NCBI GenBank assembly: GCA_963666685.2 | Contig: CAXXHZ010000003.1 | Location: 1,245,921-1,277,920, forward strand | Length of the DNA stretch: 32,000 nt | Reading direction: 5' to 3' | Source of the DNA: an uncultured Desulfobulbus sp. | GTDB taxonomy: Bacteria > Desulfobacterota > Desulfobulbia > Desulfobulbales > Desulfobulbaceae | Shown here: in pieces, positions 15,798-22,838 of the stretch | How the letters are laid out: the number at the start of each line of letters is the position of its first letter | Position numbering within the stretch: position 1 is the first letter of the stretch | Notes under the pieces: model-generated | Told to the model about the DNA's origin: nothing | Seen by the model: only the letters and a program-made list of their open reading frames with translations | Database searches by the model: none | Position numbers and translations under genes: made by a program

Positions 15798-17373
15798 CGG
15801 TTATCCTCCGAATCGGCTCGTTCGAGCCGACAGGAACATCAAGCAGCGTGTTTCTGCCTTCGCGTAACAGCTCGAAAAAACGATCGATGTCGCCAGATAA
15901 ACCAGATTCTATAACAAGTCGATCCGCCGTTGCATTTCCGCCGAGTTGATCAAGAGCAGAAACAAGTTCATTGAGTGTTGTGACCGTTTTTGTTTTCACA
16001 TGGCGCTCTTTTTTTATTTTATTTGTCCGGGGCTCTCGTTTTTGTTCAGGCTCGTTCGCTTTCCCTTCCTTGATACGTTTCAAAAGCTCACTTGCAGGTT
16101 CGTCGTTGGGGGCTTGGGGCACCAATTCACCACGAAAGGCCTTATTAAGAAGAGAGGGCGTTAGTTGGGCGACCTGTTCGAGACCTGCTGCGTAGCGGGC
16201 TTCAAGGCGGTTGGCAAAGGAAAATAAAATTTCGACACGACGGACTATTTCGCGCTGCTCAGACAATTTGGGGACTAAAGCAGGCGCAGATACTACGGTC
16301 TGTTGGTTTATCTTTGGCATATTGCCGGCTGTGCCTGTAGCATTTTCGCGAAAATAATTACGAACCGGCTCGCTTGATAAGATGTAATAGAGGTATTCCG
16401 TCAATACACGATGATTAGGCCGACATTTCATCATTAAATCCGGATAAATGAAACTTTCAACTGGACCATCATAGATCGCACTTACTCCAACGTATTCAAT
16501 AGAATTTGCTCGTTGAATTAATATGTCGCCAGGCATCAACCATAGATGTGAATTTTTCGGGATGTCCTCGTCAATATATTTAGAATGTGCCCGATTGAAT
16601 CGACCGCTTGTAGTTGCTGAGAGAGTCAGTGAGCGTGTATTAGTTTGGAACGGAACAGCTTTGGGCGAGTATCCGTTCCGAGGTTTTTCAGCCAGCAGGT
16701 CACCAATTCGAACTTTCTCCCATTCAAACTCTTCTCCTTGATCTTCTCGCCACTCCTCCGTCAGAGTACCCGAAGTGGCGGCAGCAAGCACCGACTGGCG
16801 GAAACGTTTGAGAATTTGTGGCACCCGGTCCAGCCGGTCGCGGCATGCATCAACCCGCGCCAGCAATGCGTCGAGTTTATCAGCAATCCGTTTTTGTTCA
16901 TTGAGGGGAGCAAGTACAAAAGGGAGTTTTGCTGCGACCGAGCCAGAGAGTTCCTTGAAGGTCGTGCCGGTCGCCATCATTTCCGCAATAGGCTTGATAT
17001 GGCGCAAATAATAATAAACGAAGCGGCTGTCTGTCGATTCAGTCAGGACAAAACTTTTGAATCCCTGACTGGTAGTGACTTCAGTTGACGCGATTGCAAC
17101 GTACCCTACCGGTGCACGACTGGAAAACAAGACGCTTCCGGCAGGCATTTTCATCGCAGAGCAAGCCGAATAGCCTTTCTCGGAAAGATTCCGAGCCCCT
17201 TTGCTAATGTATGCATCTTTGTAACCGCTCAAATCCGCTGGAGTAATCCAAGGAATCCCACCCTGAGTCGTAAAATTCGTTGGGTCCTTTGATGGAGGAG
17301 TCCCGCCACCAACAACTTTTGCGACATCGCAGATCTCGCATTCAACCCAGTTTTCGGGCAACTCTGAGCTCAC
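15784..17373 (-). CDS. hsdS: type I restriction-modification specificity subunit HsdS with a ~90-aa C-terminal extension
   Basis: 529 aa. Two TRD halves, each followed by a conserved helical spacer (LNEQKRIADKLDALLARVDACRDRL... and LSEQREIVRRVEILFSFANRLEARY...LLNKAFRGELVPQ). GTG start overlaps the hsdM TGA. Confidence 0.85.
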   Translation of the reverse strand: MSSELPENWVECEICDVAKVVGGGTPPSKDPTNFTTQGGIPWITPADLSGYKDAYISKGARNLSEKGYSACSAMKMPAGSVLFSSRAPVGYVAIASTEVTTSQGFKSFVLTESTDSRFVYYYLRHIKPIAEMMATGTTFKELSGSVAAKLPFVLAPLNEQKRIADKLDALLARVDACRDRLDRVPQILKRFRQSVLAAATSGTLTEEWREDQGEEFEWEKVRIGDLLAEKPRNGYSPKAVPFQTNTRSLTLSATTSGRFNRAHSKYIDEDIPKNSHLWLMPGDILIQRANSIEYVGVSAIYDGPVESFIYPDLMMKCRPNHRVLTEYLYYILSSEPVRNYFRENATGTAGNMPKINQQTVVSAPALVPKLSEQREIVRRVEILFSFANRLEARYAAGLEQVAQLTPSLLNKAFRGELVPQAPNDEPASELLKRIKEGKANEPEQKREPRTNKIKKERHVKTKTVTTLNELVSALDQLGGNATADRLVIESGLSGDIDRFFELLREGRNTLLDVPVGSNEPIRRITDANQ

Positions 17374-18767
17374 CCCTCCACCTCCACACCCAGTTCCGCC
17401 ATAATCCCCCTCAACTCTGCCATGGCCGCTTCCAACGCCCCCATCGCTTCCTGCGCCAGGACCACCGGCTCGGAAAGTTCGTCGATTATTCCAAACCAGG
17501 AAATGTCGAGGCTGTCATCTTTGATGTCTTTAATCCATTCACGCGTAAAGCAGCGAAAGCGGCCTTCCTCCCCCAGATCCTTGCGCTTGAACTTGCCGTG
17601 GGGGGCATCGCCGAAACTGGCAATGAACTCCTTAAAATGCTCTTTTCCCAGCGGTGTCCGCTTACCGAAACTGGGCATATTGGCCCGCATGTCGTAAACC
17701 CAAACCTCTTTCGTATTCTCCTTGTCTTTCTCTCCCCGCGAGAAAAAGAGAACATTCGTCTTCACACCTTGGGAGTAGAATATACCGGTGGGAAGACGCA
17801 AGATCGTGTGGAGGTTGCACTTGTTCATCAGATCCTGACGAATATCTTTCCCCACCCCGCTCTCGAACAGAACATTATCGGGAAGTACCACTGCTGCCCG
17901 GCCACCCGCCTTAAGGCCAAGATAGATATGCTGTAAAAATAAGAACTGTTTATTGGCCGATGTGAACGGAATATCATCTCGCCCCTTTCTCGCGCCGCCA
18001 GCTTTTGCCCCAAATGGCGGATTAGCAAGTATCAAATCAGCAGGTTGCAATTCTCGGCAATCCTCGGAAAGGGCGTCACCCAGTATGATATTGGCGTTCA
18101 TTCGATGCAGGAATGTGTTCATCAGGCTGATACGGTGCGTTCCTTTTTCAATCTCCATACCTTGGTAAACAGGTGGATTGGCCAGATATTGAGATTTACT
18201 GTTTTCAGCCCGAATAAAGTGGTCGGCGGAAATTAGGAAGCCACAACTCCCTGATGCCGGATCTTGAATCACCTCTCCCAACTGCGGTTTCATCACCTGA
18301 ACAATACAATCAACCAACGCCCGAGGGGTAAAATATTGACCTGCGCCTGAACGCGCATCTTCAGAATTTTTTGCCAGCAAACCTTCGTATATCTGCCCAA
18401 AACCATCGTCTGATACCGAGTGCCAGTCGATTTTGTTTATCCCATCGATGACAGCCTTAAGGTTTTCCGAGTGATTAAAGACTGTTGTAGGAAATGCGTA
18501 TATCTCCCGTACCGTTTCCGTTGCACCCGCACCTCCAAGATGGGTCAACATCTCCTGATAGTAAAACAACAGGTTGTCGCCTTTGAAACTGACTAAATCT
18601 TTCCAGCGGTGTCTAGCAGGAAGGAGGTCTTCCGTCCCTGTCTCCTCCGCAATTTTCAGGAACAGAAGGTAGGTTAGCTCCGAAATATACTCATGGTAAC
18701 TGATGCCGTCACCACGCAGAATATTGCAGAGACTCCAGAGTCTTTGGACTATATTTTCGCTTTTCAT
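17370..18767 (-). CDS. hsdM: type I restriction-modification N6-adenine DNA methyltransferase HsdM
   Basis: 465 aa. HsdM N-terminal helix LWSLCNILRGDGISYHEYISELTYLLFLK, SAM motif DPASGSCGFL, catalytic NPPFG. Confidence 0.9.
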   Translation of the reverse strand: MKSENIVQRLWSLCNILRGDGISYHEYISELTYLLFLKIAEETGTEDLLPARHRWKDLVSFKGDNLLFYYQEMLTHLGGAGATETVREIYAFPTTVFNHSENLKAVIDGINKIDWHSVSDDGFGQIYEGLLAKNSEDARSGAGQYFTPRALVDCIVQVMKPQLGEVIQDPASGSCGFLISADHFIRAENSKSQYLANPPVYQGMEIEKGTHRISLMNTFLHRMNANIILGDALSEDCRELQPADLILANPPFGAKAGGARKGRDDIPFTSANKQFLFLQHIYLGLKAGGRAAVVLPDNVLFESGVGKDIRQDLMNKCNLHTILRLPTGIFYSQGVKTNVLFFSRGEKDKENTKEVWVYDMRANMPSFGKRTPLGKEHFKEFIASFGDAPHGKFKRKDLGEEGRFRCFTREWIKDIKDDSLDISWFGIIDELSEPVVLAQEAMGALEAAMAELRGIMAELGVEVEG

Positions 18768-19152
18768 ATTCTCAACCCTTCACAGTTATTTGCACAACAG
18801 GACACTATTCTGTTTTTTCAACAGGCGGCCATCGGCCGGAATCCCGGAACCATCATGCCAATCCGCCTGATCATTCCCAGTACCATAAAATACCCTCAGA
18901 TCCCCAAGAACCTCGCCCAAGCTTCTGCTTCTCGATTCCAGATTTTTTAGGCGAGCAAGTCATCCAGGGAGAATCAGAATTGCATTTTTGTATTTCGCAT
19001 TGCCAACCACTCCAGTTTTAAGCAATTTTTTCAAGAAAGTCCCCTGCAAATCGATTAAACTAGCGCCATTCCGAAAGCACCACGTTTTCTGGTTGTTGGC
19101 ATTTTAGGTTAGCCGTCACGTCCAACCGCTTGCCCTGCCCTGAACGAGTGAT

Positions 19153-19527
19153 TCACCCTTCGACAAGTCTCTTGAGCTTCTCGGCATATTCATTGGCCCG
19201 ACTCCTTGAATTCAGGGCCGCTTTTTTGTACCCGCTCCCCAGAGAGTCAAACAATACCATCTCCCGCTCCTCATGCTGCATGAGGGCGGTATAGGCAGCA
19301 ATCTTGACGGAGCGCTCCTGTTCGTCCCGCTGGGCAAGTAATGCTTGCGTGTTGGTCTTCAGTTCCTCCCCCTGCTGCCGGTAACCTAAAACCAGCCAGA
19401 GAAACGCTACCGGTGCGCAATATCCGGCCAGGATATCGCTCCACTCATTCAGCCTAAGCTGGGATACATCGGAAACCCAGTAGGCAGCTTGACTATTAAC
19501 ATTGGGGCACAAAACGGAAAAAGCCAC
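19153..19527 (-). CDS. hypothetical protein, possibly 5'-truncated
   Basis: 124-aa ORF with one TM-like helix (ILAGYCAPVAFLWLVLGY) and a coiled-coil-like tail. Its only start is a GTG lying inside the hairpin stem at 19523-19533. Confidence 0.4.
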   Translation of the reverse strand: MAFSVLCPNVNSQAAYWVSDVSQLRLNEWSDILAGYCAPVAFLWLVLGYRQQGEELKTNTQALLAQRDEQERSVKIAAYTALMQHEEREMVLFDSLGSGYKKAALNSRSRANEYAEKLKRLVEG

Positions 19528-19560
19528 TCAGTCAAAAATAGACTAAGTGGCTAATATTGT

Positions 19561-19610
19561 TGGTGCGCAAGGCAGGATTCGAACCCGCAGCCCACGGCTT
19601 AGAAGGCCGA
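19561..19610 (-). pseudogene. 3' fragment of a tRNA-Arg(UCU) (anticodon arm to CCA), 5' part absent
   Basis: The reverse complement reads TCGGC-CTTCTAA-GCCGT-GGGCT-GCGGG-TTCGAAT-CCTGC-CTTGCGC-A-CCA. No D-arm or 5' acceptor strand (GCGCAAG) follows. It is preceded by the hairpin gccactcagtc/gactaagtggc at 19523-19551. Confidence 0.6.
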
Positions 19611-19692
19611 ACAGATTGCGTGTTCCTTTGGTTTATTCTGCTGCGACTCGTTTAAGGGCTTTATGAGATAGGGGTAGCAATAGGGTAGCAAA

Positions 19693-19730
19693 GCTAAAAC
19701 AAGCCACTTAACCAAAACAAGTTAAGTGGC
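19693..19730 (-). terminator. intrinsic terminator of tRNA-Arg
   Basis: 10-bp perfect stem gccacttaac/gttaagtggc (19703-19712 / 19721-19730), starting 9 nt after the tRNA 3' end. It is followed on the minus strand by TTGTTTT. Confidence 0.55.
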
Positions 19731-19739
19731 TAATATTAT

Positions 19740-19816
19740 TGGTGAACGAGGCGGGATTCGAACCCGCGACCTTTGGCTTCGGAGGCCAACACTCTATCCA
19801 GCTGAGCTACCCGTCC
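19740..19816 (-). tRNA. tRNA-Arg (anticodon CCG), CCA encoded
   Basis: Folded by hand, 77 nt: GGACGGG-TA-GCTC-AGCTGGATA-GAGT-G-TTGGC-CTCCGAA-GCCAA-AGGTC-GCGGG-TTCGAAT-CCCGC-CTCGTTC-A-CCA. All four stems pair, with two G-U pairs in the acceptor stem. Confidence 0.9.
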
Positions 19817-19959
19817 ATTAAGTGAATTTGCGGATATTTCATACCATACAATCTTTCGGGTTCCTAGCCTAAAATGTCTGTTGCGGCCCAATGTTCTCCT
19901 GTGGGATTCTATAATCTCTTTTCGAACGGGATATTTTTCGCTCTCGGCATGAGCACAGA

Positions 19960-20607
19960 TCAGTCGTCCTGCGTATTAATTCGATTGATCTGCAGGCCTG
20001 AATCCCAAAGGGCATCAATGAGCGCATCCATCTTTTCTCCTTGCACCTTAAGAGTGACCAGTTGATGTTCCTCGCTGAAATCCGGATAAACAGTCATGCC
20101 GAGGATAGTCATCTCATATTTTTTAAACAGCTCCAGCATGGCGTAAAAAGAAGCTGGTTTGTGATCTATCTTTAACTCGATCCGGGCACCGTTTTTTTTT
20201 GCTCCAAGCACTTCCAGAAAAGCATCGAAAATATTGGTTTCGGTAATGATACCGACCAGTTCTTCGCCCTGCATCACCGGCAGAGAACTGAATTTGTGGG
20301 TTCGCATCAACAGGGCGGCTTGTTCCAGGGGAGTTGAAGGCTCGACAGTCATAGGGGACCGGCTCATTACCGCGGCAGCCTCGATCCGACCGGCTTGATC
20401 GAGCGTTTCGGGGGTAACGCTCGGATCGAAGATGGAGGGCATGGCCCTGAAGAGATCCTCGCGACTGATGATGCCCAGGAGTTTGCCGTTATCCACCACA
20501 GGAATCTGACGAACACGGTTTTCTCGCATCATCTGTTCGACCTCGATAATCGGTTGTGTGCTGTTGACGGTAAACACATTGCTGGTCATCCAAAGTTTAA
20601 CGAACAT
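19960..20607 (-). CDS. CBS-pair + ACT-like domain protein (AcuB-like)
   Basis: 215 aa. Two CBS repeats (VRQIPVVDNGKLLGIISREDL and FSSLPVMQGEELVGIITETNI), then a C-terminal ACT-like segment. Confidence 0.8.
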   Translation of the reverse strand: MFVKLWMTSNVFTVNSTQPIIEVEQMMRENRVRQIPVVDNGKLLGIISREDLFRAMPSIFDPSVTPETLDQAGRIEAAAVMSRSPMTVEPSTPLEQAALLMRTHKFSSLPVMQGEELVGIITETNIFDAFLEVLGAKKNGARIELKIDHKPASFYAMLELFKKYEMTILGMTVYPDFSEEHQLVTLKVQGEKMDALIDALWDSGLQINRINTQDD

Positions 20608-20622
20608 GGGGGGGCTCCTGAA

Positions 20623-22590
20623 CTATTTGGTTAACGGGGTTGCGAGAATGAAGGTTTGGGTTTTGCCACTGACGAGAACTTGCTTTTCCTGTAATTGAAA
20701 GCGGATATTTGTCATTGTCCGTTCCAAAACCATACTGCTATTACCGATGCGGATTTCTGTGCCCAAAAAAATCTTGTCACGGACCACAATGGAGCACTGG
20801 AGTGCATACGCCCGCTCTGAGGGAGTTGAATTCGACGAATCAGAACTGATAAAATTCAGATGGGCCAGTTTATCTTTGTTTTCTTCCAATTCGGCTCTCA
20901 GCCGGTCGAGCTCGTTGGAAGCGGCCCCATGACCGAGCCTCATCTTCAAGGCCTCAAGCTGTTTTATCTGCAAAGCAATGGTTCGTCGTATATCAAAAGA
21001 GAACTGCAGCTGCACCGGCGAGACAGCTGCGGCAAGCAGAGCAGGCTCAGCGTTGTCCGATCCGACCCTTCCCGCGGTTATCGATCCGGCGGCCACCAGT
21101 TGGGAATGAATAATCCTGGATAAGGGATCAGCATGGATATCGCCGCAGGAATACAGACGGCAGGAAAAACCGCTTTTTCTTAGTATGATCGATCCAGCCG
21201 CAAAGACTCGTCCGTGTTCAATGATTTTCACGTCAACATCACCTTGTGCATGAATCACAGCGAAATCGCCTAGTATCCCGTTTTGCACAACCACATTGCC
21301 GCCCGATTTGACCTCCGCCTTTTCAATGCTGCCGCAGACCAGGATGTCTCCCAAGGCATTGACCTTGAATTTCGGCATGATCGAGCCCTTGATTTCAAGG
21401 GAAGCATTGGTGTTGATATGACCGGTTTCAAAATCAACATCCTTGGTGATAATCTGTCTGGAACAGACCTTGACCGAGCCTTCGGACACCTTAGAGAGCA
21501 CCCCAGCCCGGGTTGCACTGATTTGACCGGTGTCCACGTCATAGGCGGCATCATCGGATACTTTGACAATGATGTCCTTGCCCGGTTCCTGCGTTATGGT
21601 GCTGCCAAAAATATCCTTGCCGGGAGAGCCGGCCGTGGGTGGAATTTTAACGGCGATAATCTGATCTTTGTTGACCGGAACAAACATATTCCGTTCTCGA
21701 AAATCGATCTCGCCGTTGCCCATGATCTTGCCGGGAAGCGGGCCAATCTCCATTTCGTACCGCAGCCAGGCATCCTTGCCTTTGATCGGCAGGGCTCCCA
21801 AGGCGATTATTGCCTGCTGTGGCCGCTGCTCTTTGTTTGTGTTTTCCAGGCATCGCTCGACTGCATGCGGCAGGCGGCCAAAGGAAATACCCTCGTCGTC
21901 AAAAAGTCGCAGGAGCATTTCCAAATCAGGGAGACTCTGCCCTTGGGGTACTGGTCTCAGAAAAAGAAGAGCCTGCATCCGGTCCGGAGTGATTTGGATC
22001 AATTTATCAAGGCTGAGGATGCGGTGTTCAACCGCTCCCGTCTTCTTATGGGTCAGCACGGGATACCCGCAGAGGGTGGCTGTCAGTTGTTGCTTCTCTT
22101 CGTTAAACTCTACGTATTCTCCTGGAAAAAGCGGTGATTCGGGTACATTTGAACCTGGTATGATCTGACCCAAAACATTTTTCCCGGGCTGAGACGGAGT
22201 CGCGGCCCGGTGCTGGGCAAGGATATCTCCCGGGTGAACAAGCGGGGTGAAAACGATTGGGGATCGTTGAGTTTCTCCGTTTTCGTCGGTTTCTTCTATA
22301 GAGACTGTCTGGGAGGTGAAATTCGGTTGCATACCGCGTGAAACGGCAATCGGTGGGGTTCCGGAAGCCAGAATCAGCGGTGTTTCCAAAGGTTCCGCGT
22401 TGTCGATACCGGCAACGGCTTGGGCAATGGCCGCATGATCAAGGCCATGGACTATTCCTTTATCCAAAAGCAGATTCCGCAGTTCCGCGCTCGTGTCGAG
22501 CTGCAGCCCTTCCCCCTCGCCCCCGGAGGCGCAAAGTGTGACATGAAGAAGGTCCGACGATATCTGTAGAAAATAGGTATTGTTGTTCAC
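20623..22590 (-). CDS. FapA/DUF342 family protein
   Basis: 655 aa with a GTG start and no clear SD, so the 5' end is uncertain. It has the DUF342 pattern GEIDFRERN...PPTAGSPGKDIFG...DVDFETGHI. A repetitive beta-helix segment follows (GDILVCGSIEKAEVKSGGNVVVQNGILG...), then a C-terminal coiled coil. Confidence 0.8.
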   Translation of the reverse strand: MNNNTYFLQISSDLLHVTLCASGGEGEGLQLDTSAELRNLLLDKGIVHGLDHAAIAQAVAGIDNAEPLETPLILASGTPPIAVSRGMQPNFTSQTVSIEETDENGETQRSPIVFTPLVHPGDILAQHRAATPSQPGKNVLGQIIPGSNVPESPLFPGEYVEFNEEKQQLTATLCGYPVLTHKKTGAVEHRILSLDKLIQITPDRMQALLFLRPVPQGQSLPDLEMLLRLFDDEGISFGRLPHAVERCLENTNKEQRPQQAIIALGALPIKGKDAWLRYEMEIGPLPGKIMGNGEIDFRERNMFVPVNKDQIIAVKIPPTAGSPGKDIFGSTITQEPGKDIIVKVSDDAAYDVDTGQISATRAGVLSKVSEGSVKVCSRQIITKDVDFETGHINTNASLEIKGSIMPKFKVNALGDILVCGSIEKAEVKSGGNVVVQNGILGDFAVIHAQGDVDVKIIEHGRVFAAGSIILRKSGFSCRLYSCGDIHADPLSRIIHSQLVAAGSITAGRVGSDNAEPALLAAAVSPVQLQFSFDIRRTIALQIKQLEALKMRLGHGAASNELDRLRAELEENKDKLAHLNFISSDSSNSTPSERAYALQCSIVVRDKIFLGTEIRIGNSSMVLERTMTNIRFQLQEKQVLVSGKTQTFILATPLTK

Positions 22591-22684
22591 GCTGTGCTGT
22601 GTCCATGAAAAAGTAGTGGAATTTTAAGGATTTTAACAGAAAGACCGATTGACGACAAGGTTGATGCCGGAGTTGTTGCCCGAA

Positions 22685-22700
22685 TTGCAATGCATTGCAA
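22685..22700. promoter_or_regulatory. perfect 16-bp palindrome TTGCAATGCATTGCAA
   Basis: Read directly and self-complementary. It lies 95 nt upstream of the fapA-like start and 139 nt downstream of the TunR-like stop. Confidence 0.5.
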
Positions 22701-22838
22701 CTCAAGAAAGGGGGAGCGCGGTGAACACGAATTCCGGCTTTCGTTGCCTGTGGTGGCAATAAGCGCCGCAAACCTCAGGCTCTTTGTATTGCCGGGAACA
22801 AAAGGAATTCATCAAGAAAAGAGAGAGGGGGGTGACGG

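Noticed and set aside
21283-22137. Long antisense ORFs inside large genes. Examples: 21283-22137 (+) in fapA, 17280-17936 (+) in hsdM/hsdS, 5576-6160 (+) in the kinase, 3573-4067 (+) in the regulator, 28737-29147 (+) in hlyD.
   Set aside because: They are shadow frames of GC-rich genes. They are rich in R/G/P/S, contain no motifs, and are fully overlapped by ORFs with clear family signatures.
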